DNA of 61,354 nucleotides. Source: an uncultured Bacteroidota bacterium (GTDB taxonomy: Bacteria; Bacteroidota; Bacteroidia; Bacteroidales; VadinHA17). The notes beneath the pieces were generated by a model. It saw only the letters and a program-made list of their open reading frames with translations. It was not told the DNA's origin and made no database searches. This document shows positions 45,171 through 54,232 of this stretch, in pieces. Every line of letters starts with the position of its first letter. The stretch's first letter is position 1. Both the position numbers and the translations under genes were made by a program. The stretch covers positions 1 to 61,354 of the forward strand of contig CALMJY010000329.1 in the NCBI GenBank assembly GCA_937864815.1. Direction: 5' to 3'.

Positions 45171-46007
45171 ATGAAGCTTACTCTTGGTTTTTCCCCCTGT
45201 CCCAATGATACTTTCATTTTTGATGCTATGGTACATGGCAGGATAGACACCGAAGGTTTAGAATTCGGGTATTTTCTGGCTGATGTTGAAGAGCTCAATA
45301 ACATGGCAATGGCCTCGAAGGTTGATATCACCAAGGTCAGTTTTCACGCATATGCATATATTGCCGGTGCTTACCTGATACTGGATTCCGGCAGTGCCCT
45401 GGGGAGAGGTAACGGTCCTCTGCTGATAAGTAAAAGGTCCTTTGATACCTCTGAGCTTTCTTCAAAACGAATAGCCATACCAGGCAGATATACCACTGCC
45501 AATTTGCTTTTCAGTATAGCCTGGACTGATGCACTTAATAAAACTGAGTATTTATTTTCAGCTATTGAAGATGCCTTACTCAGGGATGAAGTGGATGCCG
45601 GACTGATAATTCATGAGACCCGTTTCACTTTTGAGAAGAGAGGTCTGATTAAAATAGCCGATATGGGAGAATACTGGGAAAATCTGACAGGAAAGCCCAT
45701 TCCTCTGGGTGCAATTGTTATAAAAAGGTCAGTTCCGGAGGAGATAGCAGTTAAAGTGAACAGAATTTTAAGGAGAAGCCTTGAATATGCCATGAAGGAT
45801 TCGACTGCAGCTTATGAATTTGTTTCCAGTCATGCCAGGGAAATGGATCGTAAAGTAATGGATAGTCATATAAAACTATATGTTAATGATTTCACACTAA
45901 ATCTGGGTAAGGAGGGAAAAGATTCAGTGAGAAGTCTCTTTAGTATAGCTTCGGAAAAAAACGTTATTCCGGCTGTTCCGGAGAAGATTTTCTTATCGCC
46001 GGATTAG
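45171..46007 (+). CDS. mqnD: 1,4-dihydroxy-6-naphthoate synthase
   Basis: Starts MKLTLGFSPCPNDTFIFDAM (the SPCPNDTF signature) at the ATG at 45171, 2 nt after the mqnB stop. The longer ORF-track start at 45075 lies inside mqnB. Confidence 0.8.
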   Translation: MKLTLGFSPCPNDTFIFDAMVHGRIDTEGLEFGYFLADVEELNNMAMASKVDITKVSFHAYAYIAGAYLILDSGSALGRGNGPLLISKRSFDTSELSSKRIAIPGRYTTANLLFSIAWTDALNKTEYLFSAIEDALLRDEVDAGLIIHETRFTFEKRGLIKIADMGEYWENLTGKPIPLGAIVIKRSVPEEIAVKVNRILRRSLEYAMKDSTAAYEFVSSHAREMDRKVMDSHIKLYVNDFTLNLGKEGKDSVRSLFSIASEKNVIPAVPEKIFLSPD

Positions 46008-46027
46008 CCTTGTTGGCAGGAAAATCC

Positions 46028-46035
46028 TAAATTTG
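46028..46035 (+). promoter_or_regulatory. -7 promoter box (TAnnTTTG) for sod
   Basis: taaatttg, 57 nt upstream of the ATG at 46092. Confidence 0.35.
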
Positions 46036-46091
46036 AACTTTGGTTATTATCATTTGTTAAATGATTAGTATTAACTTTAATCATAGAAATC

Positions 46092-46667
46092 ATGGCATTT
46101 GAACTTCCTAAACTTCCGTACAAGATGAATTCACTTGTCCCCTTTATAAGTGAAGAGACTCTTGATTATCACTATGGCAAACACCATCAGACATATGTGA
46201 CCAACCTTAATGGCCTTATCCCCGGAACAGAGTTTGAAAAATCTGATCTGGAGACAATTATAAAGAAAGCTGAAGGAGGTATTTATAACAATGCTGCACA
46301 GGTGTGGAACCATACATTTTACTTTGAAACCTTTGCCAAAGACCCCAGAAAAGTACCTGCAGGTGTCCTTGCTGAGGCAATAAATGCATCATTCGGATCA
46401 TTTGATTCTTTTAAAGAGCAGTTCAATAAAGCAGCTGCAACTCTCTTCGGAGCTGGTTGGGCATGGCTTGCTAAAAATGAAGATGGCAAGCTAAGCATAG
46501 TACAGGAATCAAATGCAGGAAATCCACTTCGCAAGGGACTTAAGCCTCTCATGACATGCGATGTATGGGAACATGCTTATTATATTGATTACAGGAATAA
46601 AAGACCTGATTACATTAAGTCTTTCTGGGAAATCCTTGATTGGGAAAAGGTTGCAGGCAGATATTAA
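46092..46667 (+). CDS. sod: Fe/Mn superoxide dismutase
   Basis: 191 aa. LPKLPY, HHQTYV, and DVWEHAYYIDY. Confidence 0.92.
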   Translation: MAFELPKLPYKMNSLVPFISEETLDYHYGKHHQTYVTNLNGLIPGTEFEKSDLETIIKKAEGGIYNNAAQVWNHTFYFETFAKDPRKVPAGVLAEAINASFGSFDSFKEQFNKAAATLFGAGWAWLAKNEDGKLSIVQESNAGNPLRKGLKPLMTCDVWEHAYYIDYRNKRPDYIKSFWEILDWEKVAGRY

Positions 46668-46678
46668 ATATTTCGTTT

Positions 46679-47251
46679 ATGAGCATAAAAGATCTGGTAA
46701 CGAAAACACGTACTTTCCGTCGCTTTGATGAAGAGTTTCTTATTGAACACAAAACTCTTGAAGGACTTATTAACCTGGCAAGGCTTTCTGCATCAGGGGC
46801 AAACAGACAACCTTTGAAGTTCCTTATCTGCAACAAAAACATTCAGTGCGAAAAGGTATTTCCAACACTCTCATGGGCAGGATACCTTACTGAATGGCCG
46901 GGACCCGGGAAGGGCGAAAGACCTTCTGCATACATCATTATACTTGGGGATAAAACCATTACTGATTCCTTCGGTATAGATCATGGTATAGCTGCACAGA
47001 GTATTATGCTTGGTGCCACCGAGGCTGGTCTTGGAGGTTGTATGATCTCGTCAGTTAAGAAAGAAGAGCTTGCAGAACAACTTGGAATCCCTGATAGGTT
47101 TGAGATCCTTCTCGTCCTTGCACTGGGGAAACCCGTGGAAAAAGTCGTTATTGAACAAATAAAGGAAGGTGATGTCAGATACTGGAGAGACACCTCCCGG
47201 ACACATCACGTTCCTAAAAGGAGTCTTGATGAGCTGATTCTTAAGTTATGA
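46679..47251 (+). CDS. Nitroreductase family protein
   Basis: Starts MSIKDLVTKTRTFRRF at the ATG at 46679. Contains ARLSASGANRQP. The longer ORF-track start at 46640 overlaps the sod 3-prime end. Confidence 0.8.
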   Translation: MSIKDLVTKTRTFRRFDEEFLIEHKTLEGLINLARLSASGANRQPLKFLICNKNIQCEKVFPTLSWAGYLTEWPGPGKGERPSAYIIILGDKTITDSFGIDHGIAAQSIMLGATEAGLGGCMISSVKKEELAEQLGIPDRFEILLVLALGKPVEKVVIEQIKEGDVRYWRDTSRTHHVPKRSLDELILKL

Positions 47252-47970
47252 ACCTTAAGTTAAGGGTGAAGAGTATCCTTCTGATACTGACTTCACTTCT
47301 TTATTCAGTTTCCTATTCACAGAAAGATACAGGTTCCGGCATCTTATTTCGCGGACTGGTACTTGATGCCGGAACATTATCCCCTATACCCAATTCACAG
47401 ATTTATATAAATAATTCGCTTAAGGCAGTAAGTAACTACGATGGTTCATTTACCTTTTATGTTGGCAGATCCGATACAGTAGTATTCAACAGCCTTGGCT
47501 ATAAGCAGACAAAATATCTTGTAAGTGATACTCTCAAAGGCAGGGAATTCAATGCTGGTATTTTTATGAGTACAGATACTTTAGAAATAGGAGAAGTAAT
47601 AATTATTCCACGGCAGTCAACCCTGCGTTACGAGATTATGAATGCTGCGCCTAAGACTCCGGGTATTATGGACAATGCAAAAAGTAATGTTGCAGTATCT
47701 GCATATCAGGGCAGAACGACACAGGGCCAGCTTGGCGATCCGATGAATAATTATGCTGTTATAAGTCAGAAGCAGAGAACTATAGCTTACGAAAAGGGAG
47801 GCATTCCATCAGATCAGACTGTAGCAATTAGTCCATTCCTTATTTTGCCGGCAGCCTATCTCCTTATCAAGGGGCCTCCTGAAAAACCGGCCGCTATGAA
47901 ATCAACCTTAACTTCTGCTGAGGTGGATGAGATACACCGCAGGTATCTGGAGAATGTCAGTAAGAAGTAA
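47248..47970 (+). CDS. Hypothetical secreted protein with a carboxypeptidase-regulatory-like (CarboxypepD_reg) N-terminal domain
   Basis: 240 aa. Signal peptide, then GLVLDAGTLSPIPNSQIYIN...DGSFTF. It overlaps the upstream stop by 4 nt. Confidence 0.55.
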   Translation: MNLKLRVKSILLILTSLLYSVSYSQKDTGSGILFRGLVLDAGTLSPIPNSQIYINNSLKAVSNYDGSFTFYVGRSDTVVFNSLGYKQTKYLVSDTLKGREFNAGIFMSTDTLEIGEVIIIPRQSTLRYEIMNAAPKTPGIMDNAKSNVAVSAYQGRTTQGQLGDPMNNYAVISQKQRTIAYEKGGIPSDQTVAISPFLILPAAYLLIKGPPEKPAAMKSTLTSAEVDEIHRRYLENVSKK

Positions 47971-48028
47971 TCAGTAATCGGTAATCAGTAATCGGTATTC
48001 GGTAATCGGTAATCAGTAATCAGTAACC
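47966..48028 (+). repeat. Heptamer tandem array (RGTAATC x9)
   Basis: Units in order: agtaatc, agtaatc, ggtaatc, agtaatc, ggtattc, ggtaatc, ggtaatc, agtaatc, agtaacc. The first unit contains the TAA stop at 47968-47970. Confidence 0.9.
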
Positions 48029-48063
48029 TGGAACTTTGAACCTGGAACTTTAAACCTGGAACC
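48029..48063 (+). repeat. 14-mer tandem array (TGGAACTTTRAACC x2.5)
   Basis: tggaactttgaacc, tggaactttaaacc, tggaacc. Confidence 0.9.
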
Positions 48064-48094
48064 AGCACCCAGCACCCAGCACCCAGCACCCAGT
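48064..48094 (+). repeat. Heptamer tandem array (AGCACCC x4)
   Basis: Four exact agcaccc units, then agt. It abuts the stop codon of the convergent gene at 48095. Confidence 0.9.
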
Positions 48095-49006
48095 TTACCC
48101 CTTATAAAACAGAGCCTTGATGATATGTGTCGCCATTTTAGGATTCTCCTTCAGGCGCCGCGTTGAATAACCAAACCACTGTTTCCCGAAAGGTACATAT
48201 ATTCTCATCTTATGTCCATCAGCTACAATTTTATCCCTTAGCTTTGGGGTTACTCCATAAAGCATCTGGAATTCATACCTGTGGCCTGGTACGTTATATT
48301 TCCTGATGAGGTTGTATGCACCATCGATCAATGGTTTGTCATGAGTTGCAATACCTACGTAGATGCCATTCTTTAGCATCAGTTCAAGATCCTCCAGATA
48401 ATGAGCATTTATTTCTTCATATTTTTTGAATGCAATGGCTTCAGGTTCAACATATATTCCTTTGCAAAGCCTGAAATTCAAAGGTGCTTCAGCAGTGTGG
48501 AGATCCATCATTTTTTCAATATCGCTGTGATTCCTGCGCAAATAGGCCTGCAAAACCAATCCTACACTCGAAGGAAATTCACTTTTCAACCTGCGGAACA
48601 GTTCGATCTCCATATCGGTGCATGGAGAATCTTCCATATCGATGCGGATAAAGCTATTAAAGGAAGCAGCCCTGGCCACTATCTCTCTTATATGGTTATA
48701 ACATAGTTCTTTGTCAATTAGAAGACCGAAGCTTGTAGGCTTCAGTGAAACGTTACCATCAATTTTGTTTGCCCTGATTGCCTCAAGAAGGCCCAGGTAT
48801 TCCTTTTTATTATTTTCGGCTTCCTCAGTAGTCTTTATAAATTCTCCCAGAACATCCAGGGTCACTTTGATGTTACTTCTGTTGAAATTCTTTGATACAC
48901 GCATTGCATCATCAATAGTTTCACCTGAGATATATGACCTTGAAAATATCCATATGAACTTTTTTGGGAAGTAAGGCAATATTGAAGCAATGAATCTGTT
49001 GAACAT
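48095..49006 (-). CDS. Proline dehydrogenase family protein
   Basis: 303 aa. TIM-barrel PutA-type motifs (…VTLDVLGE…, …FQMLYGV…, …YVPFG…RRLKENP). Confidence 0.8.
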   Translation of the reverse strand: MFNRFIASILPYFPKKFIWIFSRSYISGETIDDAMRVSKNFNRSNIKVTLDVLGEFIKTTEEAENNKKEYLGLLEAIRANKIDGNVSLKPTSFGLLIDKELCYNHIREIVARAASFNSFIRIDMEDSPCTDMEIELFRRLKSEFPSSVGLVLQAYLRRNHSDIEKMMDLHTAEAPLNFRLCKGIYVEPEAIAFKKYEEINAHYLEDLELMLKNGIYVGIATHDKPLIDGAYNLIRKYNVPGHRYEFQMLYGVTPKLRDKIVADGHKMRIYVPFGKQWFGYSTRRLKENPKMATHIIKALFYKG

Positions 49007-49203
49007 AGGAATATCTTTATCAGTTTTAACTTATATATATTAATCTGTATTAAATTGCTAAATAAGAGCTTCCTTAAATATTTTTTAATGACCTTTGTCA
49101 TTCACAGACCCGGCAGAAGATTTTTTTTAGCTTATTTTGAAGATATTTTTCAGATAATGCAACCATTGTTTTCAATCATTTGTCATAAAAGTGTCCTCAG
49201 TAT

Positions 49204-49767
49204 ATGATGAGCGACCAGCAAATAATTGAGGGATGCATACGGCATGACAGAAGATCCCAGCAGGTACTGTATGACAAGTACTCAAGATTTTTGCTTGGAG
49301 TGTGCCTTCGGTATTCAACTGATAAGGAAGAAGCTGAAGATATATTGCAGGAGAGTTTACTGAAAATATATTTTAATATAAGAGATTTTTCAGGAACAGG
49401 TTCTTTTACAGGATGGTTGAGAAAAGTTGCCGTTAATACTGCAATTACTTATTATCACAAGAATCTGAAACACAGATATCATATTGATATTGATGAGTAT
49501 GTTTCAGTTGAAACCGGGGTAACAAGCTTTGAGGAGGATTTTTTTACCTCGGATGAGCTTTATAAAGTGCTGAATGAATTACCTGCAGGTTACAGAATGG
49601 TTTTTAACCTTTATGCGGTTGAGGGGTATAAGCACAAGGAGATAGCTGAAATGCTTAGTATCGATACAAATACCTCCAAATCGCAATACAGCAGGGCAAA
49701 GGCGGTAATCAGAGACAAGCTGGAAAAACTCAGGTCTTTGAGAAGGAGTTATAATGCAAATGGTTAA
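49204..49767 (+). CDS. ECF-type RNA polymerase sigma-70 factor
   Basis: 187 aa. Region 2 (EEAEDILQESLLKIY...WLRKVAVNTAI) and region 4 (LPAGYRMVFNLYAVEGYKHKEIAEMLSIDTNTSKSQYSRAK). Confidence 0.88.
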   Translation: MMSDQQIIEGCIRHDRRSQQVLYDKYSRFLLGVCLRYSTDKEEAEDILQESLLKIYFNIRDFSGTGSFTGWLRKVAVNTAITYYHKNLKHRYHIDIDEYVSVETGVTSFEEDFFTSDELYKVLNELPAGYRMVFNLYAVEGYKHKEIAEMLSIDTNTSKSQYSRAKAVIRDKLEKLRSLRRSYNANG

Positions 49768-49811
49768 AAAATTAATATTTTAAAGATAAATTGGATACTG
49801 AAAGAGAAGAT

Positions 49812-51113
49812 ATGGAATTACAGGAGTTGTTCAGGAACAAGCTGGAAAATGCTGAAATTGTTCCTGATCCTTCAGTTAATATCAGGCTGATGAAAAAACT
49901 CGCCAGGAAGGAGTTTTTAACATTTAATCCTGCCAGGTTTAATGTCTATTATCTTGCAGGTATTGTAGCTGCAGGCTTTGTGGCTACTTTGCTTATTTCA
50001 ACTTCTGAATTGAATACTTCAATACTTCCTTCTGATTCAGTTAACAATGTGAATGCTGTGGTGGAAGAAAAACCTGCTGTTTCCATTAAAAATGAAGATG
50101 CTGAAACAAAAGATCTGAAAACAGTGACCGGTACCCAGGTTTCATCTGAATCCTCCTCTAAAAAGACAGTTACGCAGACACTGGTAAGTGCTGACAAAGA
50201 TTCAGAAAGTAAACCTGCTGAGGTTGTTCAGGCTGACAGACTCCCGTCTGTCGTTGCGAATGATCTGTTAAAAAAGGATACGGACAGTGACAAACTCATT
50301 AACAAAATGAAATCATCAGGAAATCTGTTTGTCTCTTCTGTAACAGAAGGTTGCGTCCCATTGAAAGTAAGATTTATATGCACCACAACGGAAGTTGACT
50401 CTTATCGCTGGAGTTTCGGAGATGGAGGGGTCTCCATTGAAAAAACTCCTGAATGGATTTTTGATCTGGACGGAGAATATAAAGTTACCCTTGAAGTATT
50501 TACCGGGGACAAACTGACAGGAACCTCAACCGAAGTAATTAGAGTAAGACCCAGACCCGTAGCTAATTTCGAGATTTCTCCGGAGCAGGCTGTAATCCCG
50601 GATGACATGATAAGATTTGTAAACTATTCAACAGATGCGGTAAGATACCTGTGGGATTTCGGTGACGGAAACCATTCAGAACAGTTTGAACCACAGCACA
50701 GGTATAATAAATATGGACAATACAATGTTAAGCTGGCTGCGATCAATGAATATGGATGCTCCGATTCTGTTCTTGTCCTGAATGCTTTTTCAGGATCAAA
50801 ATATTTTATTGAGTTTCCTAATGCCTTCATACCCAATCCTGATGGACCTTCAGCCGGATTATATTCTCCTAAAAGTGATGAGATGGCAGAGGTATTTCAT
50901 CCAGTTTACTCAGGAGTAACCGAATATCAGTTGAAGATATTCAGTAAAATGGGAATACTGATCTTTGAAAGCAGCGATATCAATATCGGCTGGGATGGCT
51001 ATATTAAAGGTCAATTGAGCAATACAGGTGTATATATCTGGAAAGTCAGAGGTAAGTACCGTAATGGCGAGACATTTACAAAAATGGGAGATGTAACCCT
51101 CCTGAAAAAATGA
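49812..51113 (+). CDS. Anti-sigma-like N-terminus + TM anchor + two PKD domains + type-B T9SS C-terminal sorting domain
   Basis: I prefer the ATG at 49812 (MELQELFRNKLENAEIVPDPSVNIRL...); the ORF-track TTG start is 49791. TM helix VYYLAGIVAAGFVATLLIS, Ser/Thr-rich linker, two PKD signatures (WSFGDGG and WDFGDGN). The C-terminal FPNAFIPNPDG...IFSKMGILIF...GWDGY...GVYIWKV...GDVTLLKK is the gliding-motility C-terminal (CHU_C) domain. Confidence 0.75.
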   Translation: MELQELFRNKLENAEIVPDPSVNIRLMKKLARKEFLTFNPARFNVYYLAGIVAAGFVATLLISTSELNTSILPSDSVNNVNAVVEEKPAVSIKNEDAETKDLKTVTGTQVSSESSSKKTVTQTLVSADKDSESKPAEVVQADRLPSVVANDLLKKDTDSDKLINKMKSSGNLFVSSVTEGCVPLKVRFICTTTEVDSYRWSFGDGGVSIEKTPEWIFDLDGEYKVTLEVFTGDKLTGTSTEVIRVRPRPVANFEISPEQAVIPDDMIRFVNYSTDAVRYLWDFGDGNHSEQFEPQHRYNKYGQYNVKLAAINEYGCSDSVLVLNAFSGSKYFIEFPNAFIPNPDGPSAGLYSPKSDEMAEVFHPVYSGVTEYQLKIFSKMGILIFESSDINIGWDGYIKGQLSNTGVYIWKVRGKYRNGETFTKMGDVTLLKK

Positions 51114-51307
51114 AAATTCTCATTATCGGTGGTGGATTTTTCTTTTTTTTCATTCATCAAATAAATCCTGCCTTTCATCTAAGAATTGTCGCCATTGATT
51201 GAATTATAGGCCTTAAGAGGCTGCCAATACGATAATAATTGGTAAATTGTAACGCTTTTTGGTTACAAATAGCTATTTTCGTATGCACTTACCTTAATTG
51301 ACCGGTT

Positions 51308-52294
51308 TTGGCGAGAAGGATAATATATTTGCTTTTTTTTGTATCTGTTTTTACTGAAGTGATAGGGCAGGATCCTACTTTCTCGCAGTTTTATGCCAAT
51401 TCCCTTTATCTTTCACCTTCTTTTACGGGAGCTACAGAAGAATACAGGTTATCTATGAACTATCGCAACCAGTGGCCGGCTGTTCCGGGGGTATTTCATA
51501 CTTACAGCATCTCCTTCGACAAAGCTATGCCAAGTTTTAATTCAGGCATAGGTGTGCTTGCAACATATGATGTGGCAGGCTCAGGAAATCTGAGCACTAC
51601 TAATATAGGGCTGCTTTATTCATACGATTTCAATATCAACAGGGAATGGCATATTCGTCCTGGTGTAAATTTTAAGTTCTACTACCTGGGGCTTGATATT
51701 GCAAAACTGGTCTTTAACAGTCAGATCACAGGCAGCGGTACAACTCCTTCAATAACCCCTCCGCCATTCGACAACGTTGCTGACGTCGATTTTGCCACAT
51801 CAGCACTGGTATATAATGACAGGATATGGGGTGGAATTACCCTTGACCATCTGCTCGTTCCTAAAACATCTTTCTACGGCGATGATGCTTATGTGCCAGT
51901 TAAACTGAATCTGTACGGAGGTATGCAGATAATAAAGAAAACACGCCTGAGACAGAAGCTGCAGGAGGTAATGTCAGTAGCAATCAACTTCCAGAAGCAG
52001 GCTAAATATTACCAGTCCGATATTGGTCTGTACTATTACAAGGATCCCTTGATATTTGGTTTATGGTACAGGGGAATACCATTAATGACCTCACAGGCAG
52101 GCGATGCCATTATTGGCCTTATAGGGCTAAAGACCAGCACTGTTCATATAGGATACAGTTATGACTTTACAATATCAAACCTTATTAGCTCTACCGGAGG
52201 GGCTCATGAATTATCACTGATATATGAGTTCAATAACCTGTCAGTCGGGCAGCGCAACAAAAGAATTCGCGCAATCCCGTGTCCGGAATTCTAA
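51308..52294 (+). CDS. PorP/SprF family type IX secretion system membrane protein
   Basis: 328 aa with a TTG start. Signal peptide, then QDPTFSQFYANSLYLSPSFTG, the family-typical N-terminus, and a beta-barrel-like remainder. Confidence 0.85.
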   Translation: MARRIIYLLFFVSVFTEVIGQDPTFSQFYANSLYLSPSFTGATEEYRLSMNYRNQWPAVPGVFHTYSISFDKAMPSFNSGIGVLATYDVAGSGNLSTTNIGLLYSYDFNINREWHIRPGVNFKFYYLGLDIAKLVFNSQITGSGTTPSITPPPFDNVADVDFATSALVYNDRIWGGITLDHLLVPKTSFYGDDAYVPVKLNLYGGMQIIKKTRLRQKLQEVMSVAINFQKQAKYYQSDIGLYYYKDPLIFGLWYRGIPLMTSQAGDAIIGLIGLKTSTVHIGYSYDFTISNLISSTGGAHELSLIYEFNNLSVGQRNKRIRAIPCPEF

Positions 52295-52332
52295 ATTTAT
52301 TATGTTGACATAGGCTCATTTATTAATTTGCT

Positions 52333-52340
52333 TATATTTG
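52333..52340 (+). promoter_or_regulatory. -7 promoter box (TAnnTTTG) for the OmpH-like gene
   Basis: tatatttg. It lies only 11 nt before the ATG at 52351 and 35 nt before the in-frame ATG at 52375 (MKNLSV...), which favours the latter start. Confidence 0.4.
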
Positions 52341-52350
52341 CGCCTTACAA

Positions 52351-52965
52351 ATGTTTAACGAATTAGTATCCGTGATGAAGAATTTATCTGTTATTCTGTA
52401 TGTTGTAATATTTTTGGCAATAGGTGGTCTGTATGTGCTTCACTTTACCGGCGATAAGAAAAACAGCCAGGCTGAGACTGTTGCCTCAGTACCGGCCGGT
52501 GCCATTGCATATGTTAATATTGATTCAATGATTGTCAAATTTGACATGTTCATGGACCGCAGGGATGAGCTTCTGGAAAAACAGAAAACCGCTGAGGCCG
52601 AACTAAATTCAAAAGGAACCCAGTATGAGAAGGGTGCAAGGGATTACCAGGAAAAAGTAAGTAAAGGCCTTGTAACAAGGGCGACTGCAGCTCAGATGGA
52701 ACAATCGTTGCTTCAGCAGCAACAGGAACTTGTAAACCTGAGGGATCAGCTTCAATCCAACCTTATTGAGGAGGAACAGGTTATGAACCGCCAGGTAATT
52801 GATTATATTACTACATTCCTTGAAAAAAACAAGTCAGATTACAATTACCAGTACATATTTGGAAAGAGCTTTGGAAGCACGGTATTATACAGTGATTCCA
52901 CGCTCGATATAACCCAGAAAGTGCTTGATGCCCTTAACAGACAGTATCAGACAGAAAAGAAATAA
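52351..52965 (+). CDS. OmpH/Skp-like protein (third copy in the window)
   Basis: 204 aa, or 196 aa from 52375. N-terminal anchor/signal and a Q/E-rich coiled coil. Confidence 0.7.
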   Translation: MFNELVSVMKNLSVILYVVIFLAIGGLYVLHFTGDKKNSQAETVASVPAGAIAYVNIDSMIVKFDMFMDRRDELLEKQKTAEAELNSKGTQYEKGARDYQEKVSKGLVTRATAAQMEQSLLQQQQELVNLRDQLQSNLIEEEQVMNRQVIDYITTFLEKNKSDYNYQYIFGKSFGSTVLYSDSTLDITQKVLDALNRQYQTEKK

Positions 52966-52969
52966 GTAA

Positions 52970-54232
52970 ATGAGCTTTGCCTCAGACTATATTGACCGGA
53001 GGACTCTTTTTCCCCCGCTCATAAAAGAGGCACCTGACATCAATACGGGTATTATTATCGTAATACCATCCTACGGTGAGGAAAATGTCGTAAGACTGCT
53101 TGATTCTTTGGCTTTGACATCAAGACCGGATTGTGAAGCTGAAGTTATTGTTGTGGTAAATGCTCCGGCTGATGCATCCTCCCAAAGTCTTGAAAACAAC
53201 AGAAAAACACTTTCAGATATTGAAAGCTGGAATCGGCAGAACACAAACTGCTGGTTCCGGCTTTTTGCTTTGGATATTAAGCAGGGTGCAATCCCGGAAT
53301 GGGGTGTTGGACTTGCCAGAAAAACAGGAATGGATGAGGCAGCGAGAAGATTCAGTTTAATTGACAGACCGGATGGAATTATTTTGAATCTTGATGCTGA
53401 TTGTACTGTGGCATGTAATTATTTCTCCGCTATTTGTAATGAATTCAGGAGTAAAGGAAACAGGAAGGCCTGTTCAATATATTTTGAGCATCCCCTTAAA
53501 GGAGATGAATTTCCTGAGTTAATATACAATAATATAACTCTTTACGAGCTGCATCTTCGCTATTACCTGCAGGCATTGAAATATTCAGGTTATCCGTGGG
53601 TTTTTCATACTATGGGTTCAGCCATGGCAGTACTGGCACATGAATATGTTCTTGCAGGAGGTATGAACCGCCGGCAGGCTGGTGAGGATTTCTATTTTAT
53701 TCAGAAACTAATACCCCTCGGGGGTTATTTTTCAATAAATTCCACAACTGTTTACCCATCACCCCGCTCATCCTTCAGGGTACCGTTTGGTACCGGAGCA
53801 GCAATTGAAAAACTTTCAGGGGAAGTGGGAAAACCATGGATGACTTACAATATTGAAGCTTTTGGAGAGCTTAAGGTTTTATTTTCTAAAGTCGATTTCC
53901 TGTTTGAATCTAATGCTGATCAGCTGATTAAATATTTTGTGGACCTTCCTGAAGGAGTGAAGTTATTCATAAAGTGTGAAGAGTGGATAGCTAAAATAAC
54001 AGAGATTAAAAATAACACATCAGGGTTACAGACCTTCAGAAAAAGGTTTTTTAACTGGTTTAACATGTTTATGATTGTCCGTTACCTGAATACTGTGCAC
54101 CTGCAATTATTTTCAAAAATACCTGCAAATGAAGCGGCTGCAGACCTTCTGCAAAAACTGGGAAAGAAATGTCCTTCCTTTGATCCTCCTGACCTGTTGC
54201 TGTTTTACCGTGAAATGGAGCTGGATAATTAA
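52970..54232 (+). CDS. Glycosyltransferase family 2-like protein
   Basis: 420 aa. N-terminal GT-A fold (IIVIPSYGEE ... LDAD) followed by an uncharacterised C-terminal extension. Confidence 0.65.
   Translation: MSFASDYIDRRTLFPPLIKEAPDINTGIIIVIPSYGEENVVRLLDSLALTSRPDCEAEVIVVVNAPADASSQSLENNRKTLSDIESWNRQNTNCWFRLFALDIKQGAIPEWGVGLARKTGMDEAARRFSLIDRPDGIILNLDADCTVACNYFSAICNEFRSKGNRKACSIYFEHPLKGDEFPELIYNNITLYELHLRYYLQALKYSGYPWVFHTMGSAMAVLAHEYVLAGGMNRRQAGEDFYFIQKLIPLGGYFSINSTTVYPSPRSSFRVPFGTGAAIEKLSGEVGKPWMTYNIEAFGELKVLFSKVDFLFESNADQLIKYFVDLPEGVKLFIKCEEWIAKITEIKNNTSGLQTFRKRFFNWFNMFMIVRYLNTVHLQLFSKIPANEAAADLLQKLGKKCPSFDPPDLLLFYREMELDN

Noticed and set aside
46640-46678. Longer start for the nitroreductase gene, overlapping the sod 3-prime end.
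   Set aside because: The ATG at 46679 gives the family-typical N-terminus (MSIKDLVTKTRTFRRF). The upstream 13 codons overlap sod and look non-coding.
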